Source of the DNA: an uncultured Nannocystaceae bacterium
Lineage (GTDB): Bacteria > Myxococcota_A > Bradymonadia > UBA7976 > UBA1532
Assembly: GCA_964384025.1 (NCBI GenBank)
Contig: CAYLJJ010000002.1
Location: 130,189 to 194,188 of the forward strand
Length of the DNA: 64,000 nt
Direction: 5' to 3'
A program made the position numbers and the translations under genes. Of the stretch, positions 20,667-30,798 are shown piece after piece; the stretch's first letter is position 1, and every line of letters begins with the position of its first letter. The notes under the pieces are model-generated. The model did no database searches, was not told where the DNA came from, and worked only from the letters and a program-made list of their open reading frames with translations.

Positions 20667-22865
20667 TTAGCCAGGATCAGCGTCGATAAACTGATCGAGG
20701 CGCTTGAGCAGCTCAGCGCCAGCCTCAGGGTTTTTCTCTAAGAGGTTCCTCTTCTCAGCGGGATCCTCTTTGACGTTAAACACCTCGGTGACATTGGCGC
20801 TGAGCTGTCGGATCACCTTGTAATCTCCTGAGAGGAGCCCAACGGTGTGCTTCTCCCAGTGAGGATAGGGCAGGTTCTCCATAAAGATCAGACGATCTTC
20901 AGCAGGAGGAGTTCCCATGCCATGGAGGAGCGCATCAAAGCTCTGCCCCATCGCCTGAGGAGCCTTGAGTCCGGTCAACGCGGTGAGGGTGGGCAAGAGG
21001 TCGATGAGGGCGATGGGCTGCTTGATGCGCTTGGGCTCAGCTCCCGGCATACGGATCAGCAGAGGGACACGGATCTCTTCATCGTAGAGGTTGCGACCGT
21101 GAAAATGGACCCGATGCTCTTTAAAAGCCTCGCCATGATCGGAGAAGAGCATAACGATGGTGTTTTCATAGAGCTTTTGCTCCTCTAGAGCATCAAAGAC
21201 CTTCTGAAGGTGGTGATCTACATAAGCAATCTCACTGTCATATTTGTCCATCAGCTTCTTGCCAAAGAGCTTCACCCGTCTGTGGTTCATATAGCGGCTA
21301 TGTGGGTCAAAGAAATGGACAAAGAGCAGGAAGGGGGCCTCCTCTTTCCCAAGAGCCTCAAGGCGCTTGACTGCTCGAGGGGCCAGGAGTTGAGCTGTTG
21401 TCTGGGTGTTGCTCTCCTTGATGGAGAGGAAGCCCCGGTTGTCCCAATGATCGACCCCCTGCTTGATGCCTCGAGCCTTCTCCCAATACCAATGAGCGCT
21501 CACCACCTCGGTGCGCCACCCCCCCGCTTGGAAGATCTCAAAGAGCGTCTCATTCTCCGGTCGGATACCGCCAAAGCGAGCAAAGCGCTTCCTCCACTTG
21601 ACACGCGAGGGGTAGCGTCCTGTGAATATCGAGGGGAAGGAGCGAGGGGTGTTGGGGGCCTGGGCATAGACTCGCTCAAAAACCAGGGCATCTTGAGCCC
21701 AGCGGGCGATGTTGGGGCTGGTCTCACGCTCATAGCCATAGAGCCCCATATGATCTGGGCGCACCGTGTCGATCACGAGCATCAAGATGTTGAAACGCTT
21801 GGGCTCCCAGCGCGGTGGGGCAATCGCAGCGGCCTCTGGCGCTGGTGCCTTCAGCGCTGGCGTTGGGGGGGGTGGCTCCTTGGGAGCATCACCTCCTCGG
21901 CAGTTGTCATCTATACCGTTGCCAGGGATCTCCCGTGCCTGGGGGTGGATCTCAGGGTTCTCATCGTCACAATCTCCCCCTGAGAGCCGCGTGGAGAAGC
22001 CATCACCATCGCCATCCAGAAGCTTGCGCCCCATCTCCAGGGCCAAACGCCCCAAGTGAGCTTTGAGAGGCATGATCTGCATCGCCACCGGTGAGCTTTC
22101 AAAGCGCAGCACTGCCCAAGTAGCGCTCCCAAGGGTGATGATGAGCAGCAGCAGGGTTACAGGCCAGCGCCCAAAGAAGCCCCGCGCTACGAGCAGGAGC
22201 AACAGGCTCAACGAGAGCCCCATCAAGGCAGCAAAGTAGGGCTCTAGACGGTAGGCGCCCAGATCCAGGGCGAAGATCTTAAGAGCTACGAACACGCCCA
22301 AGGAGAGCAGCGCCAGGAGGGGGTAAGCGGGGAGAGGCAGGAGCAGGCGCCCTGAGGGAGCCAAGCGCTTGAGCAGCCCTCGGCTCCCCAGATAGAGCGC
22401 GGGGTAGAAGATCAGCCCTAAGCTCAGACCCGCCAGAGTTCCCAGGGCTACAAAGGGGCCGGTGAAGCTGGAGTTGGCGAAGCCATGCGCGATCTTGCCC
22501 GCCACAAAGGCTCCAGCCAGCACTGGGAGCAAACTCAAAGGTCCCGCGATCCAGATCGCCGCGCGCCGCTGCAAGGTAGCGGCGGAGATCTGAGCCTTGG
22601 GCCAGAGGGCGCTCTTGAGGCTCTGTCCTGGGCGAAAAAGCTTCACAAAGGGGGGCAGAAGCAGCGCGATGAGTAGAGCCAAGGGCAGGCTCAAGAGCCC
22701 GACCAACCCCAGCTGATGGATCAGGGCATGGAGGCCAGCGCTCAGGCTGGCTCCCTCCATTGCGCCCTGCGTCATCAACAGGAGCAGTTCAAGAGCTGCG
22801 ATCAACAGAAAGGCGGCCAGGGTGGCGGCCAGAGCGGCGAGGGGCGTTGGGGATGTCTCTTTCAC
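20667..22865 (-). CDS. Polytopic membrane protein with a C-terminal alkaline-phosphatase-superfamily (sulfatase or phosphotransferase-like) domain; one isolated MopE-like metal-binding motif lies in the linker
   Basis: About 9 N-terminal TM helices; NILMLVIDTVRPDHMG...APNTPRSFPSIFTGRYPS (Thr or Ser nucleophile type); linker GDGDGFSTRLSGGDCDDENPEIHPQAREIPGNGIDDNCRGGD. Confidence 0.6.
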   Translation of the reverse strand: MKETSPTPLAALAATLAAFLLIAALELLLLMTQGAMEGASLSAGLHALIHQLGLVGLLSLPLALLIALLLPPFVKLFRPGQSLKSALWPKAQISAATLQRRAAIWIAGPLSLLPVLAGAFVAGKIAHGFANSSFTGPFVALGTLAGLSLGLIFYPALYLGSRGLLKRLAPSGRLLLPLPAYPLLALLSLGVFVALKIFALDLGAYRLEPYFAALMGLSLSLLLLLVARGFFGRWPVTLLLLIITLGSATWAVLRFESSPVAMQIMPLKAHLGRLALEMGRKLLDGDGDGFSTRLSGGDCDDENPEIHPQAREIPGNGIDDNCRGGDAPKEPPPPTPALKAPAPEAAAIAPPRWEPKRFNILMLVIDTVRPDHMGLYGYERETSPNIARWAQDALVFERVYAQAPNTPRSFPSIFTGRYPSRVKWRKRFARFGGIRPENETLFEIFQAGGWRTEVVSAHWYWEKARGIKQGVDHWDNRGFLSIKESNTQTTAQLLAPRAVKRLEALGKEEAPFLLFVHFFDPHSRYMNHRRVKLFGKKLMDKYDSEIAYVDHHLQKVFDALEEQKLYENTIVMLFSDHGEAFKEHRVHFHGRNLYDEEIRVPLLIRMPGAEPKRIKQPIALIDLLPTLTALTGLKAPQAMGQSFDALLHGMGTPPAEDRLIFMENLPYPHWEKHTVGLLSGDYKVIRQLSANVTEVFNVKEDPAEKRNLLEKNPEAGAELLKRLDQFIDADPG

Positions 22866-22938
22866 GGGGCCGGGTTACATCGCCCAAGGGGAGCTGTCAA
22901 TCCTTGATCCTGGCAGATTCTGAGGAGAGTATCACTCG

Positions 22939-24993
22939 ATGAATCTCCTGCTCCTCTCGCCGCTCCTGCTTCTCTCTCTCTGTTCCTGCAACACCAGAGC
23001 ACCTGGAACGATCATCGGTGGGGCAACGGACGCAGCCCCAAAATCTCAACTTAAGCTCTCTCCTGTGTCTGAGGTCTTCTTTGATCTGGTACAGAACAGC
23101 CAACGGGCCCATGTGAGCCGCGAAGGGCCGATCTTGGCACCCCAAGCCCCTGGCTGGGAGCTGATCAGCCAGCTCTCAGAGCGTAGCCCCTGGGGGGATG
23201 CTCAAGAGATCAGCGGGCGTAGGGCGGTTTGGTTAAACAGCATCGGAGGCAGCCTTCACTTTCCGATCAGGCCTCAAGATGAAGGGCCCAGTTGGCTGGA
23301 GATGTGGCTGCGTCCCATCGCTAAGGGTCAGAGGGTCAGCCTCTTCCTAGATGAGGAGCCGCTGCGCACCATCAATGTTAAGCCCGGTTGGAACCGTTAC
23401 CGCTTCCCGCTCAGCGCTCTGAGCATTGGAGAGCACAGCCTGCGCTTCTGGTTTCGATTCACCCGGTTTCGAGGAAAGCGGCGCAGCCCTGCAGCTCTCT
23501 CGGGGCTGCGTCTCCTCTCTGAAGAGAAGGTCCTTTCACTGCCTGAGACCTGGAGCGGTGAGCTGGAGTTGGGAGGAGAGCAGGCTTCGGCGCTCTTTGC
23601 AGGACCCCCTATGAGCTGGAGCTACTTCTTTATGCTCCCTGAACAGGCCCGGTTCCTCACTCGGGCTGGAGTCCTAGAGGGCAACGCTGTGCAATTTCGC
23701 CTGCGTATCGAGCGCGATGGAGAGCCCTCGGTGATTCAGGAGTTGAGCCTTGGAGGAGGGAGCAGCTCAGAGATCGAGGTGGATCTCTCTCTCTACGGAG
23801 GGCAGCCTCTACGTCTCTCTTTGGAGACTGAGGGGGCGCCCGGATCGATCAAGCGCGCCGCCTGGTTTGAGCCCCGGATCTTGATGCCAGGAGCGCCTCA
23901 CTCGCTCCTGCCTCCGGCGCGCAACCTGCTCATCTGGGTTGTTGAGGGTCTGCGCGCAGATCGAGTGGGTTTGGGGCGGGGAGGAGATCGAGCAGCGACT
24001 CCCAACCTGGATCTTATCGTCGCTGAAGGAGCTGCTGCGGTGGATGTCTGGAGCGGTGGAGCGGGGGCCGCTGATGGGCATCAACGTCTGCTGCGTTCGG
24101 GGAGCCTCTCTCTGGCCAAGCTGCTGAGCACAGCTGGGCGAACTACAGGTCTGCTCAACGCCGGTAAGGTCCCCACGGAGCTGGCTGAGGAGTTCACCAG
24201 CCATGTTGAGCTGGGTCGCGAGCCTCCCGACACCGCAGTGCTCCTTAAGGAGCTGGATGGATGGTTGGATGTCAGAAAGCGTCAACCCTTCTTCCTCTAT
24301 ATCGCCAGCGCCGATGTCAGCCCCTCCCGAGAGGCGCCCAAGGGCTATCAACGCCTCTATGAGCGGAGCCGACCAGAGCGGCTCCAGATGAGCCCCGAGG
24401 AGAAGCGACGACGAGAATCCTTGGTGGCTTACGATGCCAAGGTGAGCGCTGCAGATTATTGGATCGCTCAGATGTTGGCGCTCTTACAGAAACATGAAGT
24501 GTTGGACAAAACCGCCATCCTGATCACCAGCGCTGTGGGTCAGAAGCTGCTGGAGCCTGGGGGAGGTAGAGAGGGACACTCTCTCCTGGCCCCCTTGCTC
24601 TTGGTGCCTCTTGTGATCTGGCACCCTCAACTTAAGCAGGGACCTCGAGCTTTAGGCCGGGGAGGAGACTTAGCCGATGTGGCCGCCACCGCGCTCTCGC
24701 TCTTGGGGGTGGAGCGCCCTGAAGCTTGGGATGGGCGAGAGATGGCGACCGCTCTCTTTAACAGCCTGCCCCTCAAACCTCGGCCCAGCCACGCTCGCTT
24801 GGGCAACCATGTGGTCGCGCGCTTTGGGCACTGGCTCCTCCAGGGCCGGGGGAGCCGTGGGCCAAAGCTCTGGAACCTTGATGAAGATCCCAACGGAAAG
24901 CGGGAGCTGAGCGCCGATCATCCCATCGGTCTAAGGACCTTAAAAGACAGCATGAAAAATTATAGAGATCAGCCCTCAAGAGCTGCTTTTTAA
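22939..24993 (+). CDS. Lipoprotein, possibly a sulfatase or alkaline-phosphatase-superfamily domain protein, divergent from the previous gene
   Basis: RBS GAGGAG; lipobox LLLSLCSC; NLLIWVVEGLRADRVG resembles the N-terminal metal-binding strand of sulfatase-family enzymes. The assignment is weak. Confidence 0.4.
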   Translation: MNLLLLSPLLLLSLCSCNTRAPGTIIGGATDAAPKSQLKLSPVSEVFFDLVQNSQRAHVSREGPILAPQAPGWELISQLSERSPWGDAQEISGRRAVWLNSIGGSLHFPIRPQDEGPSWLEMWLRPIAKGQRVSLFLDEEPLRTINVKPGWNRYRFPLSALSIGEHSLRFWFRFTRFRGKRRSPAALSGLRLLSEEKVLSLPETWSGELELGGEQASALFAGPPMSWSYFFMLPEQARFLTRAGVLEGNAVQFRLRIERDGEPSVIQELSLGGGSSSEIEVDLSLYGGQPLRLSLETEGAPGSIKRAAWFEPRILMPGAPHSLLPPARNLLIWVVEGLRADRVGLGRGGDRAATPNLDLIVAEGAAAVDVWSGGAGAADGHQRLLRSGSLSLAKLLSTAGRTTGLLNAGKVPTELAEEFTSHVELGREPPDTAVLLKELDGWLDVRKRQPFFLYIASADVSPSREAPKGYQRLYERSRPERLQMSPEEKRRRESLVAYDAKVSAADYWIAQMLALLQKHEVLDKTAILITSAVGQKLLEPGGGREGHSLLAPLLLVPLVIWHPQLKQGPRALGRGGDLADVAATALSLLGVERPEAWDGREMATALFNSLPLKPRPSHARLGNHVVARFGHWLLQGRGSRGPKLWNLDEDPNGKRELSADHPIGLRTLKDSMKNYRDQPSRAAF

Positions 24994-25033
24994 AAATACC
25001 AGCTTTTGGATGGAGTTTTGCTAAATTGCCTTT

Positions 25034-26644
25034 ATGAAACATCAGCCTCTTAAGCTTCTTCCACTGCTGCTTCTTTTTGCATGTCAAGAGTCAGAGAAAG
25101 CACCTCTTATGGAACGCAGCCAACTTCCTCTAGAAGCCTACTGCCAGGTTAGGGTTGAGGGTCAGGGAGAGCTGGAGATGGAAGAGGATTACATCCCTCA
25201 TGTAATCACCTGTGAAAATGGGAACGCAGACTTTGAGGCCCTCAAGGCTCAGGCTGTCGCTGCTCGAAGCTATGCCTACTACAAACTCCGACATGGAGAT
25301 GTCATCGCAGATGGACAGTCTGATCAGGTCTATTCCTGTAGGCGAGATCCTGGAGAGGAGCATTTTCGCGCGGTTCGAGAGACTGCTGGGCAGGTGCTCA
25401 TGTATCAGGATGTGGTCATCGCTGCCTTCTACGTGGCAGGGGCGATCCCTTCGACAGCGGACTGCGTTGCTCTTGATGGTGATCGAGATCCAACCGGAAC
25501 AGAGCATTATGTTACTTATAACAGTGGGCTCAGAGGAGATGACTTAGTTCAAACTACGCTCGGTTGGGTCAATTCAGGAAACCTCGAAAACAGAGGCTGT
25601 CAGTCTCAAAATGGGGCCCATTGTCTTGCACAGCATGGTTCAAGTTATGAAGAGATCCTGCGCTTCTATTATGGAGAAGATATCATTCTGGAACAGAGCG
25701 TGGGTGATTGCCTGGAGCCTATTGAGCCTCCGCCCAATTGCCAAGCGCTCCTCCAAGGTGAGCTGCTGATCGATGATGATGATCCCTGCTTCTCGCGCCA
25801 TTGCAGCAGCGGGGACTGGTGGGATCCGGCGGAGGGCCTTGGCGGTCAGGCTTGGACCACAGGAGCGATCATCCGCGCAGAGCCGGTCTGTTATGGAGAA
25901 TGGCGCTTTGAGGTAGAGCAAGCGGGACACTATCAGCTTGAGGTTTACCTTGAGGATCAACCCCGCCCCTTGAGTCATCAAGCTCCCTACACCATCCGAC
26001 ATGCAGGGCAGGAGGAGCTTCAACGCATCGATCAAGAGAGGGCCAGCGGCTGGACCTCGCTGGGCAGTTACCACTTTCAAGCGGGGGGAGGGCAGTGGGT
26101 TCGCCTGGGAGACAACAGCGGTGAGGAGGATCTGCGCATCCTCTTTGACGCTCTACGGCTCCGCCCTGATGAGCCTGAGCGCCCTGACGCGGCGCGCCCC
26201 CCCCTCGATGCACAGCTCCGCGATATGGGGCCACGCGATCTCCCTCCCCTCCCTCGCGATCAAAGGCCGCCTCGCTTTGATCAGGCTCCTCCACCCAGAG
26301 ATCTTGGGTTAAGACCCCCTCAAGATCAAGGCCCTCAAAGAGATCTTAGACTCCAAGAGAGAGGCTTTAGAGATCTCCTCAGCTCCCATCCAGATCCCTG
26401 GCAACCCCCTGCCTCCTTAGATACAGGTTTATCTGCACGTCCAGATTTAAAAAATTCCGACCCCCAGGACTTTTCAGCGTTTGGAGAGCGTGGACTTCCT
26501 GGGCAGCGACCTCAGGAGCAGGTGCGACAGCGAGGAGAGGGCTGTCAGCAGGGAGGAAGCTTAAAGCTGCCTTTGGGGCCTTTCCTTATGCTTGGTGGGC
26601 TTCTACTGAGCATGAGGAGAAGGCTCTCCTCTCAAAACCTTTGA
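25034..26644 (+). CDS. SpoIID/LytB-domain lipoprotein with a Pro-rich low-complexity C-terminal half and a MYXO-CTERM-like sorting tail
   Basis: Lipobox LLLFAC; EALKAQAVAARSYAYYKL matches the SpoIID/LytB signature; the tail GCQQGGSLKLPLGPFLMLGGLLLSMRRRL has a Cys, a hydrophobic stretch and RRR. Confidence 0.65.
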   Translation: MKHQPLKLLPLLLLFACQESEKAPLMERSQLPLEAYCQVRVEGQGELEMEEDYIPHVITCENGNADFEALKAQAVAARSYAYYKLRHGDVIADGQSDQVYSCRRDPGEEHFRAVRETAGQVLMYQDVVIAAFYVAGAIPSTADCVALDGDRDPTGTEHYVTYNSGLRGDDLVQTTLGWVNSGNLENRGCQSQNGAHCLAQHGSSYEEILRFYYGEDIILEQSVGDCLEPIEPPPNCQALLQGELLIDDDDPCFSRHCSSGDWWDPAEGLGGQAWTTGAIIRAEPVCYGEWRFEVEQAGHYQLEVYLEDQPRPLSHQAPYTIRHAGQEELQRIDQERASGWTSLGSYHFQAGGGQWVRLGDNSGEEDLRILFDALRLRPDEPERPDAARPPLDAQLRDMGPRDLPPLPRDQRPPRFDQAPPPRDLGLRPPQDQGPQRDLRLQERGFRDLLSSHPDPWQPPASLDTGLSARPDLKNSDPQDFSAFGERGLPGQRPQEQVRQRGEGCQQGGSLKLPLGPFLMLGGLLLSMRRRLSSQNL

Positions 26645-26726
26645 ACTGTTCCTGTATGTGTGCTTTTATATTTGAACGTCGAGAGCCTAAAAAGTCTACT
26701 AATCTATCAAAATAAGGACACTCTTC

Positions 26727-27269
26727 ATGTCCATTGAACTTGAGATCTCACTTGATCGTCTGCGTGATCCTCAGACAGCAGAGGCGATGGCTCAGTTGGT
26801 ACTCGCCCTGGGCGCCCAAGCACGAGCGGGGGTGACAAAGCCCAGCCCCAAGCCTCCTGTTTCAGCTCCTCAACGACTCCAAGATCAAGAACCCAACCCC
26901 ACAGTATCAGCCGCAGCCCCCGCTCCAGTTCCCCGAAGATATCGAGTCAGTAAGCCTCGGAGAGAACGCACCGGTCCTTCACCCAAAGAGATCATGGCTT
27001 TGCCAAATGAGGAACGTTGGGCCGCCTATTTCACCACTCTCCCTGAACCCTCCCGGCGCTTCTTAGAGTTGTTGAAGGAGCAGGGCCGCCTCACGGTGGG
27101 AGAGGCGGTCGAAGCTCTTGAACTGAGCAGTCGTAAGGCGATGGGAGGGCTCACCGGGGCGATGGTACGTTGGGCACCTCGCTGTGGCGTGGTTCTACCC
27201 TTCCAACCCAGTGAAACAGAGTATGGGGAGCGTTGTTGGGTCTGGACTGGCAAACCTAAAGAAGCTTAA
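26727..27269 (+). CDS. Hypothetical protein
   Basis: ORF in an appropriate intergenic context; no recognisable motifs. Confidence 0.35.
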   Translation: MSIELEISLDRLRDPQTAEAMAQLVLALGAQARAGVTKPSPKPPVSAPQRLQDQEPNPTVSAAAPAPVPRRYRVSKPRRERTGPSPKEIMALPNEERWAAYFTTLPEPSRRFLELLKEQGRLTVGEAVEALELSSRKAMGGLTGAMVRWAPRCGVVLPFQPSETEYGERCWVWTGKPKEA

Positions 27270-28068
27270 TCTCTCCTGGCCCTAAGGTTTGTAGATGCGT
27301 GTAGAGTTCATCTCGTTTATCTGCCAGAAAAGAGAAGCGCTCACGAACCCTCTCCACCTCTCTACGCTCCAAGACCCCGCTGACGATCCCCTCCTGGGCT
27401 GAGACTGAGCTGCGCAGTTCTCCCAGAGGATCGATGAGCGCCGAGTCTCCGCTGTATTCGAGCCTGTCATCGCGGCCCACCCGGTTGACACCCAAGAGAA
27501 AAGCCTGATTTTCAATCGCTCGAGCTTGGAGCAGGGTAGACCAATGCCGCCTTCGAACCTTGGGCCAACTGGCGATAAGGATAAAGAGATCGGTTTGGGG
27601 AGCCATAAGCCGAAAAGGCTCAGGAAAGCGCAGGTCGTAACAGATGAGAGGGCAGATCCGCAGGCCCTTAAGCTCAAAGCGATTAAGCTGTGATCCCGAC
27701 TGAAAGTGAAGCTGCTCCTTAGCCAGGGAAAAGGGGTGCATCTTGTTATAACGCAGCTGTACCTCTCCCCGAGGATCTAAGAGGATGAGTTGGTTTTCAG
27801 GGCGGCCCTCACCGGGCCAAGCCAAGCCCGCCAGGATCCAACGCTCTAGGCATTGAGCTTGAGTTGAGAGCCAAGCCTGTACATGGGGACCATAAGCCGC
27901 CATCGCCTCTGCGCGCATAGAGAAACCGGTAGCAAACATCTCAGGGAGGACCAACAGCTCTGCGCCCTGAGCCGCTGCCTGTTTGAGCAGCTCTCCACAG
28001 CGCAGCAAATTCTCCTCAGGCTTCTCCCACTCGATGTTCAGCTGAATCCCTGCGATCTTTAACATCAA
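27256..28068 (-). CDS. Carbon-nitrogen hydrolase family protein (nitrilase or amidase superfamily)
   Basis: IAGIQLNIEWEKPEENL...AELLVLPEMFATGF (catalytic Glu), LICYDLRFPE (catalytic Cys region). Confidence 0.8.
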   Translation of the reverse strand: MMLKIAGIQLNIEWEKPEENLLRCGELLKQAAAQGAELLVLPEMFATGFSMRAEAMAAYGPHVQAWLSTQAQCLERWILAGLAWPGEGRPENQLILLDPRGEVQLRYNKMHPFSLAKEQLHFQSGSQLNRFELKGLRICPLICYDLRFPEPFRLMAPQTDLFILIASWPKVRRRHWSTLLQARAIENQAFLLGVNRVGRDDRLEYSGDSALIDPLGELRSSVSAQEGIVSGVLERREVERVRERFSFLADKRDELYTHLQTLGPGEIKLL

Positions 28069-28149
28069 CTCTCAACTTTAGACTCTCTTGGTGTTGCAAT
28101 CTCTCAGCACGCTACAGGAAGATCAAGCAGGAAGAGTTTAGGAGAGCAG

Positions 28150-29430
28150 ATGAACAGAGAGCCTCAAACCCTGGCCGAGGAGCTACAGCGCTTCTTGGAC
28201 AACAGTCCCAGCCCCTACCACCTCGTGGATGGCGCGATTCAGCGCCTGAAGGCCCTGGGATTTCAAGCCCTGAGTGAGGGAGATGCTTGGTCTACAGAGC
28301 CGGGAGGTGCCTACTACATCAATCGAGGAGGCAGCGCCCTGTTGGCTTTTCGCGCAGGAGAACAACCGGCAGCTGAGACAGGCTTTCGCCTCATCGGAGC
28401 GCATACAGACTCTCCCAGTCTGCGCCTCAAGCCCAAGTTGGCCAAGAGTGCGCATGGTTGTTTGCTCTTTGATGTGGAGCCTTATGGGGGTCTGCTCCTG
28501 GCCACCTGGGCAGATCGGGATCTTGGGCTCGCGGGGCGAGTCTTTCTCAGGGGAGAGGAGAGGCCAAGGCTCCTTCAGCTCGCCCGCCCTCTCTGTCGCA
28601 TCCCCAATCTAGCGATTCACCTGAACCGTGGGGTCAATGATAAGGGCCTGATCCTCAACAAACACTCTCAGATGGCCCCTGTGTTGGGGATCGATCCGGG
28701 TGGAGAGCCCACCGAGCTGGTCCTGGAGCTGCTCGCTGAGCAGTTAAAGGTTGCCTCGGAGGAGATCATCGGCCATGAACTCAACCTGATCGATGTTCAA
28801 GGCGCTTCTTTGGGCGGGCTCAAGGGGGAGTTTCTTCAGGCAGCCAACCTGGATGATCAGGCGATGTGTTTCGCGGCGCTTGAGGCTCTGCGCTCCTCTA
28901 ACCCCTGCCCCTGGTGGCGTGGAATCGCCCTCTTTGATCATGAGGAGTGTGGCAGTCGCAGCGTTCAGGGGGCTGAGGGGACTCTCCTAAAGAGCGCCCT
29001 TAAGCGCCTCAGCGGGGGAGAGGAGCTTTACTACCGAGCCGCAGCCAAGAGCTTTCAAATCAGCGCTGATATGGCTCATGGGCTCCACCCCAACTACGGG
29101 GATATGCATGATGGCCGTCACCTGCCCCGGATGAACGAAGGTCCGGTGATCAAGAGCAACTGCAACCAGCGCTATGCTACCAGCGGCGCTACCGCTGCGC
29201 GCTTTCGAAGGATCTGTGAAGCTGCTGAGATCCCCTATCAGGAGTTTGTCAACCGCGCCGATCTCCCTTGTGGCTCCACCATCGGCGCCATCGCCTCTGC
29301 TGGCCTGGGTATCGACACTGTAGATGTGGGCAACGCGATGTGGGCGATGCACTCCCTCAGGGAGACTGTAGGGGTTCAAGATCTCAGCTTGATGCAGGCC
29401 GCGATGGATCACTTTTTCTTGGAGCGATGA
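28150..29430 (+). CDS. apeB: M18 family aspartyl aminopeptidase
   Basis: RBS AGGAGAG; LQRFLDNSPSPYHLVD, GAHTDSPSLRLKPK, and an HEECGS-type metal-ligand region, typical of M18 (DAP/ApeB). Confidence 0.8.
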   Translation: MNREPQTLAEELQRFLDNSPSPYHLVDGAIQRLKALGFQALSEGDAWSTEPGGAYYINRGGSALLAFRAGEQPAAETGFRLIGAHTDSPSLRLKPKLAKSAHGCLLFDVEPYGGLLLATWADRDLGLAGRVFLRGEERPRLLQLARPLCRIPNLAIHLNRGVNDKGLILNKHSQMAPVLGIDPGGEPTELVLELLAEQLKVASEEIIGHELNLIDVQGASLGGLKGEFLQAANLDDQAMCFAALEALRSSNPCPWWRGIALFDHEECGSRSVQGAEGTLLKSALKRLSGGEELYYRAAAKSFQISADMAHGLHPNYGDMHDGRHLPRMNEGPVIKSNCNQRYATSGATAARFRRICEAAEIPYQEFVNRADLPCGSTIGAIASAGLGIDTVDVGNAMWAMHSLRETVGVQDLSLMQAAMDHFFLER

Positions 29431-30779
29431 TGAAGATCTTTAAATCCAGCCTCTGCTTGTTTTTGCTCTTGGCCTGCGCTGAAGAGGAGAGCAGTTTCAA
29501 TGAGAGCCGTGATGCTCAGGGAGATCTCGCTGTCCAGGAGAGGACAGAGATCGGGAGCGTACAGCCAGGGACAGATGGGGGGCAGCTCAAGGATCTGGGT
29601 CGCTTAGACTCAAGCCCCCGTCTAGATCTTGGCTTGCTTCAGGACAGCGAGTCTCCCCAGAGAGATCGCTCGCGGCCTCCTGTTGAAGATCAGGGCCTGC
29701 GACAAGATCGTGGAGATCCACCACCCCAGGACGCCACCCCCCTGGACAGAGCGCCTCCACCAGCAGATGCAGTACCACCAGCAGATGCAGTACCACCAGC
29801 AGATGCAGCTCCTCCTGTAGATGAGGGGCTCCCTCCCGATCCAGGCATCAACGCGGGTTGGATCGGGGGACCCTGTGAGGAGCATGAGGATTGTGACTAT
29901 CCTGAAGCTTTCTGCTTTATGGATGATTACCCCAGAGGGATGTGCAGCTTAGGCTGTGATCGCTTCTGTGATGATCGGGAGGGGATGCCGATGACCTTCT
30001 GCGTGGGTGATCTCTTGGCTGGAGAGGGTGCCTGTGTTCAGCGCTGTGACTATGGAGCCTTCGCCTCGGGCTGTCGTCCAGGCTATGGCTGTCAGCGGCA
30101 GGCGCGCTATAATGAGCCGGATCGTCAGGAGTCTGTCTGTCTGCCTGGGGAGGGAGAGGAACCTCCCCCCGTAGAGGGCTGCCCTGCTGAGGCGCGGGAG
30201 CTGGGCCTACACTTTGATCCCCTCGGAGAGTGGAGCGAGAGCCCTGAAGGACACCCAGAGCTGACTTGCCGGATCCCCTCCCCTATTCGCCTCAGCAGCC
30301 CCATCAATGGGGTGAGTTACCGCTATATCACCATGGATCACTCTACACCGATGACGATTGGCTGCCCCCTGGCGCTGGCACTTCAGCACGCCTCAGAGAT
30401 CCTCAGCCAGTATGACATCGTGGAGGTGGGACATATGGGGACCTATAACTGTCGAGTCATCGCAGGGACCGCTAGCCTCAGTCAGCATGGGAGCGGCCTC
30501 GCCATCGACTATGCTTGGTTCCGTACAGCGGGTGGTCAGATCTACGATGTGGAAGATCACTGGGAGCACGACACCCAGGAGTTTCAGACTGAGGCGGGGC
30601 GAATACTCTATGAGATCGCCCAGGCTTTTTATCACGAAGATGTTTTTAACATCGTCCTCACCCCGAACTACAACGCCGCCCATGACGATCACCTCCATGT
30701 GGATCTCAGCGATGGAGGAGATCTCATCGGCAAGAGCAGACCAGGGCGCTATATCGGACCCAATCCAAACGGGGATTGA
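29427..30779 (+). CDS. Lipoprotein with a Pro/Ala/Asp repeat linker (PPADAV x3) and a C-terminal extensin-like / LAS (M15-like) zinc-peptidase fold domain
   Basis: The ATGATG start overlaps the apeB stop; lipobox FLLLAC; SQHGSGLAIDYAW ... HDDHLHVD fits the H-x-D / HxH zinc-ligand pattern of LAS peptidases. An 18-bp DNA tandem repeat 'ccaccagcagatgcagta' occurs three times at about 29760-29815. Confidence 0.55.
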   Translation: MMKIFKSSLCLFLLLACAEEESSFNESRDAQGDLAVQERTEIGSVQPGTDGGQLKDLGRLDSSPRLDLGLLQDSESPQRDRSRPPVEDQGLRQDRGDPPPQDATPLDRAPPPADAVPPADAVPPADAAPPVDEGLPPDPGINAGWIGGPCEEHEDCDYPEAFCFMDDYPRGMCSLGCDRFCDDREGMPMTFCVGDLLAGEGACVQRCDYGAFASGCRPGYGCQRQARYNEPDRQESVCLPGEGEEPPPVEGCPAEARELGLHFDPLGEWSESPEGHPELTCRIPSPIRLSSPINGVSYRYITMDHSTPMTIGCPLALALQHASEILSQYDIVEVGHMGTYNCRVIAGTASLSQHGSGLAIDYAWFRTAGGQIYDVEDHWEHDTQEFQTEAGRILYEIAQAFYHEDVFNIVLTPNYNAAHDDHLHVDLSDGGDLIGKSRPGRYIGPNPNGD

Positions 30780-30798
30780 TATCGAGGGGTGGGAGAGA

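Noticed and set aside
29268-29426. Upstream extension of the extensin-like lipoprotein ORF overlapping apeB
   Set aside because: The ATGATG at 29427 immediately precedes a canonical lipoprotein signal peptide; the extension lies inside apeB coding sequence.
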